A stretch of 64,000 nt of DNA from the human T2T-CHM13v2.0 reference genome, Homo sapiens, in assembly GCF_009914755.1 (NCBI RefSeq), contig NC_060947.1; one strand, 5' to 3'. Below the pieces are notes generated by a model, which saw nothing but the letters and a program-made list of their open reading frames with translations, had not been told where the DNA came from and searched no databases. This document shows positions 53,080-64,000 of this stretch, piece after piece (the stretch's first letter is position 1; each line of letters begins with the position of its first letter). A program made the translations under genes and the position numbers.

Positions 53080-53700
53080 TTGCCAAGAGCACCAGTCATT
53101 TATCTTCTTGCTTCCAGCTTCCTTCCTACTCTCTGCTGCTATCCCCTGTGTCGCGGGGTGCTGGGATCCTACAAATACATTTCTCAGTCTGGAGCCTCTG
53201 AGTATGGGTGTTGGATTAGTGATTACCAAAGAGAAGAACTTGCATGAGTTTTGAAAGGGTCGGGGTGGGGGTGAACTGTGTGAGATTGGAATATGGGGCT
53301 CTTCCAATGGGAAGCACAGACAGGAACTGGAAGGCTTTTGGGTTCCCTCCCTTTGTCCAGAGCCTCCATAAGGGAAAGACTGGCTCCCACGTGGTCCCCA
53401 GGCAGTGTGGTCGCAGTGAGGCAGCAGTGTCGAGCACAAATGCAGCAGCCTGTGGGGCACGGCAGGTGCAGGCTCTGGCTCAAGCCATGGTGGTGACGGG
53501 CTGGCAGCTTCAGGCTCCCAGAGTCCTGAGACAGCATCAGGGCCCTGGGCTCCTGCATTCCTGCAAGGTGGTGGTCTTGGTTCTAAGGCTGCCATGAATA
53601 CTCTCAGAGCCTCAGTGGTGGGGGATTACGGGCTCTTGGTGAAACCATTTTCTCTTTCACTCCTTCAGCACAGAAGTGGTAGGAGCTTTCTGCAGTTCTT
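53080..53700. mobile_element. Probable ancient ERVL LTR (LTR16/LTR33-like, tentative)
   Basis: GC-richer block with ccaatgggaagcac..aggaactggaagg and gcagcagtg motifs typical of old ERVL LTRs; no TSD resolved. Confidence 0.35.
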
Positions 53701-53890
53701 AATCTCTTGGCCATCTTACCTTCCCTTTCTACCTTCTTCTGGATCTCCTGCCCCTTTCTAAATGATTCATTTTCAATAGATTCCTTCTGTTGGAATGCAT
53801 AGGGTGGTAATGCCTTCTTACCAGACCCTGCCAGAAGTAGTGAGCTAAGTCTTTTATTCTTATCATCTGCAATCAACAAGAGCCTCTCAT

Positions 53891-53978
53891 GCATCATTAC
53901 ATTCATCATTTCATCACCAAACACATCATTGCATAATCAGACACGTCATTACATCATCACACACATCATTACCTCATA
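53891..53978. repeat. Degenerate ~20-bp tandem repeat (acacatcattacatcatcac)
   Basis: acacatcattgcataatcag / acacgtcattacatcatcac / acacatcattacctcatatg. Confidence 0.75.
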
Positions 53979-55651
53979 TGTGCACCTCCCACTCTCCACC
54001 TAGACACAGGGAAGAGAGGAAGGCACCAGGAAATCAGAGTGGTAAAGAAAACTTCAGGAAATCAGGTGGTTTTAAGACCCTTTATTATGACTTAAATAAA
54101 TTCTGAAATTAGTTTCTTTAAGGAAGGCCCCTAAACCGGGAATGAACATGAATAAGAATTATAGTCATTTTAGCGACCATAGTTTCCCCAGGAATTATTG
54201 CACTAAGGCATTTAAATTTTTTTCCAAATGCTAAAATATTTTGTCAGCTTTATTGACCATTCTTTCTAACCCCTCAGTAAATTATATCTCTATCTGAAGT
54301 GGAACATAGGAGATGCCCTAAGCTTCTCAAAGATGTTTTGTAACGATCTAGGTAAGGACTGTGTCTAATGGAAATGACAGGCATAATTTATTTGTGAAAG
54401 CAGAAATGAAATTCAACCTTGACAACAGATTGCGCATTTTTCCATAATGCCATGGAAGTGAAATTCTTGTGATGTAGATTAAATCGTGGAATTTGACTTA
54501 TTGTTCAAAAACATTAGTTCAACTCTAAACAGTTGAATTACTCAGCAGCTGTGTACAAATGTATGATACAGATAACAAAATGTATTAACAATTCCCTAGA
54601 TCTACAGAAATCTATCACTGCTTTTTAGGATAAGCTTGACTTTTGTTCAAATAAAAATGCAAAAGGAAAGTGTATCCTAAAAGGCAATGACAGTTTAATG
54701 TGTTTCTGACATGCAACCTTCAAGAGATCCATATATGAACCATTTTGTGTGGATAGTACAACTCTAAACATAATGTTATGTGGAAATTTGTATACAGAAT
54801 ATTTAGCAAAGAAGAGTCAGGATGAATAAAGTGAAAGGAAAGACTTTCCCAATGTTATTTTTTAAGTGATATGAGATGCATCAAGTGAGATGTGTTTGAC
54901 AAAACTTTATTCAACGTTGATCCTGACAGAAAAGAAGCAGGAAAAAACAATTAATACACTTCCTATGTCTTGAAAAGTAGCAATTTTAATTTTATTGTGC
55001 ATTTTGCTTGACGATTTTATATATGACTTCCAGTCAATATTTCATCTGGAGGACTGAGCAGGTATTATGATTCCCATTTTATGGCAGATTGCAAGGTGAA
55101 TGTCACCTGTCATCAGCGCATACCTGGCCAGGGGCCACGTCTTCCAGATTCCAGCCCACACGGCATGGGTGCCTGCATTTCCCTGTTGCTCTTCTCCTCA
55201 CACTGATATTAATGAAGCACATCTACTTTTAGTCAATAACCACTTTTATGTTACAGACACATAACAACTGGGAAATAAACATCTATATAATTAATCTCAA
55301 CTAAGCCAGTTAACCCTTACTTTTTACCTAGGCTGTATGCTGAAATGTGTGCCTTTTCTATAAAGGGGTTTGTATTCCTCTCATTATATTGTATCAGGAG
55401 GAATCACTCTAAGATAAAACAGTTTATCTCCAAAAGTCTGCAGAAAATGTTGATAACAACCTGCAACTCTCTGGTAAAGGACTGTGAAATGCAAAACAAA
55501 CCAAACCAAGCCCCAAGACCTACTCATGTAAGATGATGCTATGATACATTGCATTCATCTTTAGCTTTTTAGCCGTCTAAATTGTGTTCTATGAGAGTCT
55601 TAAATATCTTCCCTTTATCTCCTTAAGAAAGTCCTAAATTCTTAGCCAATT

Positions 55652-55962
55652 TTTTTTCCTTTTTTTTTTTTTTAAGAAAGGATCTCGCTCTGTTGCCCAT
55701 TCTGGAGTGCAGTGGCACAATCTCGGCTCACTGCAACCTCCGCCTCCCGGGTTCAAGTGATCTTCTGCCTCAGCCTCTCGAGTAGCTGGGACCACAGGAC
55801 TATAGGTGTGTGCCACCATGCCCAACTAATTTTTGTATTTTTAGTAGAGACAGGATTTCACCATGTTGGCCAGGCTGGTCTCAAACTCCTGATCTCAAGT
55901 GATCTTTCTGCCTCGGCCTCCCAAAGTGCTGGGATTACAGGTGTTAGCCACTGTGCCCGGCC
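55652..55962 (-). mobile_element. AluS (Sx/Sz-like)
   Basis: Full antisense Alu with a small internal duplication accacagg-actatagg. Confidence 0.95.
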
Positions 55963-56555
55963 CTTAGCTGGTCTTTGAGGACACAATACTGTCCTGTGCA
56001 TTCTTTCCCAGACATGGCCTTACATCAACTGGAATCCCCAACCAGTCACTGTCTTGCATTGTTTTTTAAATACATTATAGTTTCCACTTTCTGGTACTGG
56101 TTCTTTTCCTTCTAGTTGCAAGTACCTGATACCTCTGTCTATAGCAACCTTTCTTCATGGCCCTGCTCAAATGCTCCATCCTCCACAAAGCATTCATTCA
56201 TTGATTGCACCAGCCAGAAGTGAAGTCTGCATCCTAAGATTACATACAACTCTTTCTTCAAGCCCTTTATTCCAATCATATCCATACGGCTCTGGATTGT
56301 TTTCATGAATGTCCTTATCTAATCTCTCCTGAGAGACCCTAAATTCCCTTGGGAGAGGGACTTTATTTTAGAGCTAAGGCTGCCTTCAATCTTCTTTATT
56401 TAGTTATAGCTGCTATAAACCTTCTTTGACGTTAGAAAAAGCATACCAATATCTACCAATATTTAGTATTTATTAAGTTCCTGTTATATGTCAGGAATTC
56501 TGCAAAGGATTTTACATACGCTATTTCCATTTGCCTTAAGAGTTCTGCAAGATAG

Positions 56556-56993
56556 TATAAACCAAAAGGTATCTGAGACAGGTCTCAATCAATTTAGAAG
56601 TTTATTTTGCCACTGAGAAGGAAATAATCGTGAAGGAGGTTTGTGCCTTTCTCCAAAGATAATGTTGAGGACTTCAGCATTTGAAGAGGAATAGCTGTCT
56701 GGAGGGGAAAAAGGGAGGGTATGGTCACATTACTGAATCCACATGCTGCAAGTGAAAGGAAGCAGGTTGGGGAATAGTCAATAATATATTTATCTCTTGC
56801 TCCATAAATCAGCACTTTACATAAGATAAGGTGAACACAGAGTAGCTACCTATGGAGACATTTAACCTTTTATCTTAGCTGTCTGTAGAGGAACAAGAGG
56901 AAAGGCAGTTTCTTGCACGACTCAATTTTCAGCTTAGTTTGTTTTCTTCTGGCATAGTGAGTTGGGGCCCCAAGTTTTTATTTTCCTTTCAGA
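56556..56993 (-). mobile_element. MER4-group (MER4C/A-like) solo LTR inserted in a MIR
   Basis: aaaccaaaaggtatctgagacaggtctcaatcaatttagaagtttattttgcca ... ggggccccaagtttttattttcctttca; TSD atag. Confidence 0.88.
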
Positions 56994-57117
56994 ATAGATA
57001 TTACTATTCATATAAAAGGCCCCATAACTTATAAAAGACTGTCAGCGCTGGTGTAAGTCAAATCTGACCTAACTCTAGCCTACCATACTGATATTACACT
57101 GTTGTGCAATCATGGTC

Positions 57118-57571
57118 TGCTATGATTTGAGTGTTTGTCCCTTCCAAAATTCATGTTGAAACTTAATCCCTGATGTTGAGAGGTGGGGCCTTTAAGCGGA
57201 GCCTGGGTCATAAAGACTCTGCTGTCAAGAATGGATTATCCACTTATTAATTAATGGATTAATCAGTTTATGAATTAATGTATTGATGGGTTGTAACAAG
57301 AGTGGGACTGATGGCTTTATATGAAGAGCAAGAGAGACCTGAGCTAACACACTCAGCTTCCTCACCATGCGATGCTCTGTGCCTCCTGAGAATGCTGCAG
57401 GCTGCAGAGAGGTCTCCTGCAACCCCCAACTAGCAAGAAGGCCCTCACCAGATACAGCCTGTTGGCCTTGGACTTCTCAACCTCCATAAGTGTAAGAAAT
57501 AAGTTCATTTTCTTTATAAATTACCTAGTTTCCAGTATTCTGTTATCAGCAACAGAACAGGGACTAAGACA
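57118..57571 (+). mobile_element. MSTB/MSTB2-like solo LTR
   Basis: tgctatgatttgagtgtttgtccc..atggattaat..gcaagaaggccctcaccagat..ggactaagaca; TSD tggtc. Confidence 0.9.
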
Positions 57572-57589
57572 TGGTCTCAATAATAATCT

Positions 57590-58100
57590 CAAAAACTATT
57601 TCTGTCCTCAGAGGTCATAATTGCGTTGAAGACTTAGGTTCCAAGAAGGGACATACCACAAAGTGGGACACTACACATAATAGAAGTAAAATTGCTCTTC
57701 TTTCAACCACAGAGGCAGAGCTCATTAATTCTGACTGTGAGGAAGGATTTGAGGTAGGCTTAATAAAAGAGATAATATTTGAGCTAAGCCTTGAAGGAGA
57801 AGGGTGATGTTGACAGAGGAGAAGATGGAAGGGCATTTTAGAGAGAGAGAACAGGTATGATTAAAGCCATAAGCTCCATGAACAGGGATGAGTTGTTGGA
57901 AGGAAGGGGTGTAGGTTTGGAACAGGGAGTGAGTTATGAAGCTGCAACAAAGACTAAAGTCCAACTTGGAACAACGCTGAATGCAACAGAAAGGGAGTCA
58001 GCATTTTATCTTTATGAAGTGAGAAAGCATGGAGTGGGAAACTGACATGCTCAGAAATTTGTTTTGAGCAGATGGATCTATGAACAGCATGAGAGGATAT
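57590..58100 (-). mobile_element. Degraded L2
   Basis: atatttgagctaagccttgaagga..gaagggcatttta; gacatgctcagaaatttgtttt. Confidence 0.55.
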
Positions 58101-58726
58101 ATCTAAGTGTATCTTTTAACTGAGATACATATCTAGAAATGTGCATTTTTAAAAAATTCCTGACTTACTACCTAAAAGTCTACACATGTCTTTATTTGTA
58201 CATCCATTCTGACCAAGTTGGAGGTAAAATATTTATATTGTAGAACATCCTTCCAGACTCATCTCACAGCCAAGCTGCTGTGAGCTACTTTCTGTTTATT
58301 TTTTTCCAGTTACATTTTTTTTTTCAAAAATAAACCTTGTATTAAGGTGTTGGGGTTGATTTAGGGGAAAAAATAATCTCACATGTTTTCTGAAAATTAC
58401 AACTTAATGTAAAATAAATAGAAAATGTTTTCTATTAACCTGTTAGTTTCCTAGCTGAATATTTTGACTATCTTTTGCTTGCCTGTCTACTGCACAAATA
58501 TTTTATCTTTTAACATGTCAAACGTCAATGAAGTTATGACAGACAGGCCACATCCCCACTTCCATAGAGAAGAATCATAATTGTCCCTCTTAGTGCCTTG
58601 TGCATTTTAACAATTTGAGAGGAAACTCAATCTTTATGTAAAGAATGTGCCAATTTAAGCATTTTGTCTCACCCATCTGCCCTCTGATGGCCTCTTATAG
58701 ATGTTCTGCCTTTTAAGAATAAATTA

Positions 58727-59004
<278 letters not shown>

Positions 59005-59147
59005 TTATCCATTACTGGGGGAAAAAAGAAGTCTTATGCTATACTATACATTGTTATACATTGTTTCTTGACCAAATGAATTCATGTTATGCTTGTAAGA
59101 ACTCATATATATTAAAATAATTATTAAAATCTGGAGAGGTTCATGCC

Positions 59148-59452
59148 TGATATAATTAGGCTTTGTGTCCCCACCCAAATCTCATTTTTAATTGTAATCC
59201 CCATAATCTCCATGTGTCAAGGGAGAGACCATGTGGGGGTAATCAGATCATGGGGGCAGTTTTCCTCATGCTATTCTCGTGATGGTGAGTGAGTTCTCAG
59301 GAGATCTCATGATTTTATAAGGGGCTCTTTACCCTTCACTTGGCACTTCTCCTTCCTGCAGCCTTGTGAAGAAGGTGTCTGCTTCCCCTTCACCTACTGC
59401 CCTGATTGTAAGTTTCCTGAGGCCTCCCCAGCCAGGCTAAACAGTGAGTCAA
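59148..59452 (+). mobile_element. THE1D-like LTR, 3'-truncated
   Basis: tgatataattaggctttgtgtccccacccaaatctc..gtaagtttcctgaggcctccccagcc..gtgagtcaa then breaks. Confidence 0.9.
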
Positions 59453-59783
59453 AACTTCAAGTTTCCTATTCTTCCCTAAAATTGATAAATGTTCAACTGA
59501 TTTAATGTAGCTAGAGGTCTAGCAATTAAGGGAATGATGCAAAAATTAAAGAACAGGAACAAAAAGGCTCTTCTTCTTGGTAAAGTTATTTCCAAGATAA
59601 AATAGGTCAGAGTCCTTTTTAGTATTGGGTTGTCTTTATGTTTGGTGGTATGGCTGCAATAGAGTTCATAGCGTCAGGCCACTGTGGAACCATTGTTTCC
59701 TGAAAGTTCTGTATCATTAATATGTTTCTCTGAAATGATTTAACTTCTAAACTGGTACAGATCTCAGTACGTACATGTGAAGG

Positions 59784-60083
59784 GGCTGGGCATGGTGGCT
59801 CATGCCTGTAATCGCAGCACTTTTGGAGGCCGAAGTGGGCGGATCGCTTAATCTCAGAAGTTCAAGACCAGCATGAGCAACGTGGCGAAACCTCATTTTT
59901 ACAAAAAACACAAAATTTAGCTGGATGTGGGGGCACATGCTTGTCATCCCAGCTACTTGGGAGGCTGAGGTGGGAGGATTACTTGAGCCTGGTTGGCCAA
60001 GGCTGCAGGGAATGAGCCTTGATCATGCCACTGCACTCCAGCCTGGGTGACAGAACAAGGCCCTGTCTCAAAAATAAAAATAA
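59784..60083 (+). mobile_element. AluJb-like
   Basis: Full Alu; TSD tacatgtgaagg on both sides. Confidence 0.94.
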
Positions 60084-61604
60084 TACATGTGAAGGGTGAA
60101 CTTAACATAAATAGACTGTGCTAGGGACAGAAAATATTTAAAAACTCTAATCCAAAAGCTTTTGACAGTATTTTCTCTTTTTTGAATGATTAGAAGTGTG
60201 AGACATTGAAAACATCAAGGATCACATGTAAGGCAATTAGAAAACATTCCACCAAAGACTCTGGGGGAGCATGAAGTATCTGTCAGTGAACCAGCAGGCA
60301 GGAGAGCTGATGTTTGCAAGAATGCAGCAGAAACTATAATGCACATTGCTATCCTAAGTTAGCTTGTTCTTACTCAAATCATTAAAACAATAACCTCATT
60401 TTCTGTCTCAATAGAATCCTTCTATTAAGAGTGTTATACATTTTATAGATGTAGAAAGAACTTAACCTCATCTTCAGTGTTCCACCTGGGTGGGTGTGGC
60501 TGATGCATTTGCTTCATTTCAGACTCCAAAAAGCATATTGGTTTATATTCATTAGCTTTACTGGTTCCTTTTCTCTAAAGAACCCAAGGTGCTCTTGAGA
60601 GCTGCTTCATATAATGAGCATGTAGTGCCTCTTAAATCAGGAGAACAAAGAGGCAGTCAAGGAGAAAGACAAGTAAATGAGGAATGAAAGACCTTGAACA
60701 TGAAAGTGGGTTGAGTTTGATGATGCCATACATTTGGCATTGCTTATGCAGTTTTCAGTAAACTAAAATCATTTTTTCGATGCCATTGGCTGATCAATAA
60801 GACCAAGAGGTTATAGAGAACACCAGGTATTCAATTCCTGTGACTTCAGAATATCAGTTATCTCCAAGTGCTGATAACATCATTGATGATATAAATTATT
60901 TCTCAGGTGTTTAAATCTAGTGTTGACTTTCTTGAATCTGAAACATTTTAGAATGTTTTCTCAACAATTAATGCCCTTTATTCCATCTTTCCATTCATTG
61001 TCCCTTCCCCACCGCCATGCTCACACTTGATTCTTGACTGACCACTTCCCCATTTTCTTTCTCTTCATAACCATTTTATTTTTTCAGCCTGCATTTTCAA
61101 AGCCACATCCTTCTGGTTTCTTGTATTTGCTTGCCTTTTGACCCCAGCCCCTTTTCATTCCTACAATTTCCTTTCTTTTTATCCTACTTTTTCTCCAGAA
61201 TGTGATTTTTCTTCTACATGTCTCTTTCTGCTTTGCATGTCCTGCTGAAGATTCCTCTCTCTGTCCTCTGTGTGTGCTAACTCCATGGAAGCCCTTTCTC
61301 CATATTATACTTTACATCAAATTGTTTGTTATCCCCCCAGGAAGGTTTTTTATTCCTTTACACTTTCTCCACTTTCCACGTCTAGGTGACCACATTGGGC
61401 ATACTTGATTCCAGTTCCTTCCCATTGGCGGGTGCTCAGCTGAAAATGGCAGCTCTGTCTCCCTCCCCTGTCACTGGGACTCTTCTCTCCAAGGTGAAGG
61501 ACCATCTGAAGTTTTGTTTACGGAATTATCAGGGGTCCTGAATAAGGACTGCCTTCCTTATCCAGGCACAATTCCCTGATTTCCAACCAGACACCAGGAA
61601 AGCT

Positions 61605-61728
61605 GAGGACTGAATTGTGCCACCCCCACCACCAAAAAGTCCATATGTTGAAGCCCTAACCTCCAATATGATGGTATTGGAGATGGGCCATTGAGAGGTG
61701 ATAAGGGTTAGATGAGTTCATGAGGACC
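61605..61728 (+). mobile_element. MLT1A 5' fragment
   Basis: ggactgaattgtgcc..catatgttgaagccctaacctccaatatgatggtattggagatggg..ttagatgagttcatgagg. Confidence 0.8.
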
Positions 61729-62187
61729 TGTATTAGTTAGGGTTCTCTAGAGGAACAGAACTAATAGGATAGATATATACATAAAGGGGAGTTCATTACA
61801 TTACATATTAACTTACACAATCACAAGGTCCCTTACATGATTGCGAGGCCATCTGCAAGCCGAGGAGAAAGGAAAGCCAATCCAAATCCCAAAACTAAAG
61901 AACTTGTAGTCCGATGCTTGAGGGCAGGAAGCATCCATCATGGGAGAAAGATGTAGGCTGGGAGGCTAGGTCAGTGTAGTCTTTTCATGTTTTTCTGCCT
62001 GCTTTATATTCTAGACATGGTGGCAGCTGGTTAAATGGTGCCCACTCAGATTAAGGATGGGTCTGCCTCTCCCAGCCCACTGACTCAAATGTTATTCTCC
62101 TTTGGCAACACCCTCACAAACACACCCAGGATCAATACTTTGCATCCTTCAATCCAGTCCAGTTGACACTCAGTATTAACCATCACA
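61729..62187 (-). mobile_element. MLT2A1-like ERVL LTR
   Basis: tgtattagttagggttctctagaggaacagaactaatagga...gttgacactcagtattaaccatcaca. Confidence 0.92.
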
Positions 62188-62189
62188 AT

Positions 62190-62800
62190 GGCAGTGTAAG
62201 TTACTTCAATCGTTGTGGAAGACAGTGTGGTGACTCCTCAAAGACAAAGACAGAAATACCATTTGCCCCAGGAATCCCATTACTGGGTATATATGCAAAG
62301 GAATATAAATTGTTCTGTTATAAAGACACATGCACATGTATGTGCATTGCAGCACTATTCACAATAACAAAGATGTAGAATCAACCTAAATGCCCATCAA
62401 TGATAGACTGGATAATGAAAATGTGGTACATGTACATGATGGAATATTATGCAGCCATAAAAAAGAACAAGATCATGTCCTTTGCAGTAACATGGACGGA
62501 GCTGGAGGCCATTACCCTTAGCAAACTAATGCAGGAACAGAAAACAAATTCCACATGCTCTCACTTGTAAGTGGGAGCTAAATGATGAGAACATATGGAC
62601 ACAAAGAGGGGAACAACAGACGCTGGGGCTTCTCAGAGGGTGGAGTGTTGGAGGAGGAAGGGGATCAGGAAAAATAACTAATGGGTACTAGGCTTAGTAC
62701 CTGGGTGATGAAACAACCTGTACAACAAAGCCCCATGACAAAAGTTTGCATATGTAACACACCTGTACATGTACCTCTAAACTTAAAAGTTAAAAAAAGA
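62190..62800 (+). mobile_element. L1PA (older, ~PA10-16) 3' end
   Basis: aatcccattactgggtatata..caacctaaatgcccatcaatgatagactggata..gatcaggaaaaataactaatgggtactaggctta..aaagttaaaaaaa. Confidence 0.92.
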
Positions 62801-62899
62801 ATGCAGAGTATCTCCACTGCTATTGAATATGATGCTAAAGGTGTTTTTCTAAACAAGAAAAATAAGTAAACCAGTTAGAGGCATAAGGACTAGGAAAAA

Positions 62900-63965
62900 T
62901 ACTAATTCCTATTATTTTTTAGATGATACCTGGAAAGCTTTAGATAATTAATGATCAAACTAATTCACAAAGTACAATAATTCAGTAAATTAGCAATAAA
63001 AATAACATACAGAAGTCATTAGTATACACCCAAAACAAAAATTTATAGAGTATTCAGTATTAGAGAAAACTCTATGTACAATTACAGCAAGATGACATAC
63101 CCCTTAGAAATAAAGACAAAAAGAAATGTGCCAAGTGTATAATTTAAAAAACCTTTAAAATCTGAAAGAAAAAAACGTAGATTAAACAAAAGGCCAAACA
63201 TCCTTGAACAAGATGGCTCAAAAACATAATGAAGTCAATTCTAAATGGGTGAATTTATAAAATTAATGTCACAATTTTTGAAAACTACGAATTGTCTTAT
63301 GGAGTAAGATTAGTTGACACGGAAGTTCATGTGGAATAACCAGCAGGCAAGAATAGCCAGAAAAACCCTTAGTAGGGTCAAGCCCTTTCAGAATTTCAAC
63401 ACATTATTAAGCATCTTTAATGAAAATAATTTGTTACAGGTACATGAGAAGACAGAAAGACTAGAGGAATAGAAGAGAACATCTAGAAACCGGTAGAAGT
63501 ACAGAAGAAGGCAGTTTCGTATTTAATAAGGATGGTATCTCAAACCACTGGGCAATAATAAATTTTTTTCTTGAGACAGGGTCACACGCTGTTGCCCAGG
63601 CTGGAGTGCAGTGGCTCAATGAAGGCTCACTGCAGCCTCAGCCTCCAGGCTCAAACAATCGTCCTGGCTCAGCCTCCCAAGTATCTGGGACTATGGGCTT
63701 GCACCACCATGCCTGGCTACTGTATTATGTTTATTCTTAATTTAGAGACAGGGTCTCAATATGTTGCTTAGATGGGTCTTGAACTCCTGGGGTCAAGCCA
63801 TTCTTCTGCCACAGCCTCCTGAGTAGCTAGGACTACAGGTGTGCACCACAGTGTCAAGAATAATGGATTTTTAAGCAAATGTTGGGACAAGCTGGAAAAT
63901 GATAAATTTAGATCCATACTTCATTTGTACACAGGAGTAAACTCCAAATGAATCCAGTATCTAAA
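62900..63965 (+). mobile_element. Old L1M ORF2 3' relic, split by an AluJ
   Basis: gttcatgtggaataa..ggcaagaatagccagaaaa; acatgagaagacagaaagactagaggaatagaa; taaatttagatccatacttc..taaactccaaatg. Confidence 0.7.
63563..63855 (-). mobile_element. AluJo-like dimer
   Basis: gagacagggtcacacgctgttgcccaggctgg..ggctcactgcagcctc; second monomer gagacagggtctc..cagcctcctgagtagctaggactacagg. Confidence 0.88.
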
Positions 63966-64000
63966 CATACATGCACATACACATGCTTAGATGTATGCAT

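Noticed and set aside
53056-53924. 179-aa and 106-aa minus-strand ORFs
   Set aside because: No recognisable domain, several frames open on both strands, probable old LTR or GC-rich sequence

Overview
Non-coding, AT-rich primate genomic DNA (human or great-ape-like, judged from AluJ/AluS, THE1/MST, MER4, Made1 and an LTR12 solo LTR), intergenic or deep intronic. I find no credible protein-coding gene, tRNA, rRNA or CRISPR array. The listed ORFs are mostly Alu/LTR/L1/microsatellite read-throughs or short chance ORFs. Much of the window is recognisable transposon relics: about 20 Alu elements, many MaLR/ERV1/ERVL solo LTRs (many with intact target-site duplications), old L1/L2/MIR fragments and DNA-transposon MITEs (Tigger2a, MER47A, MER53, MER20, MER58A, MER5, Made1). 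Family and subfamily names are from recalled consensus sequences, not a database search. The structures that standard repeats do not explain are: (i) three rearrangement signatures at 39.7-42.8 kb (a near-identical 119-bp non-tandem duplication, a diverged ~235-bp duplication with an ungapped core, and an 80-nt near-perfect palindrome); (ii) a triplicated Made1 ending in a perfect 27-bp stem; (iii) a ~68-nt hairpin upstream of a CpG-rich LTR12 that carries an expanded C-tract; (iv) a clustered GATCATGTAG 10-mer. I cannot support a new biological system from sequence alone. These are candidates for checking.
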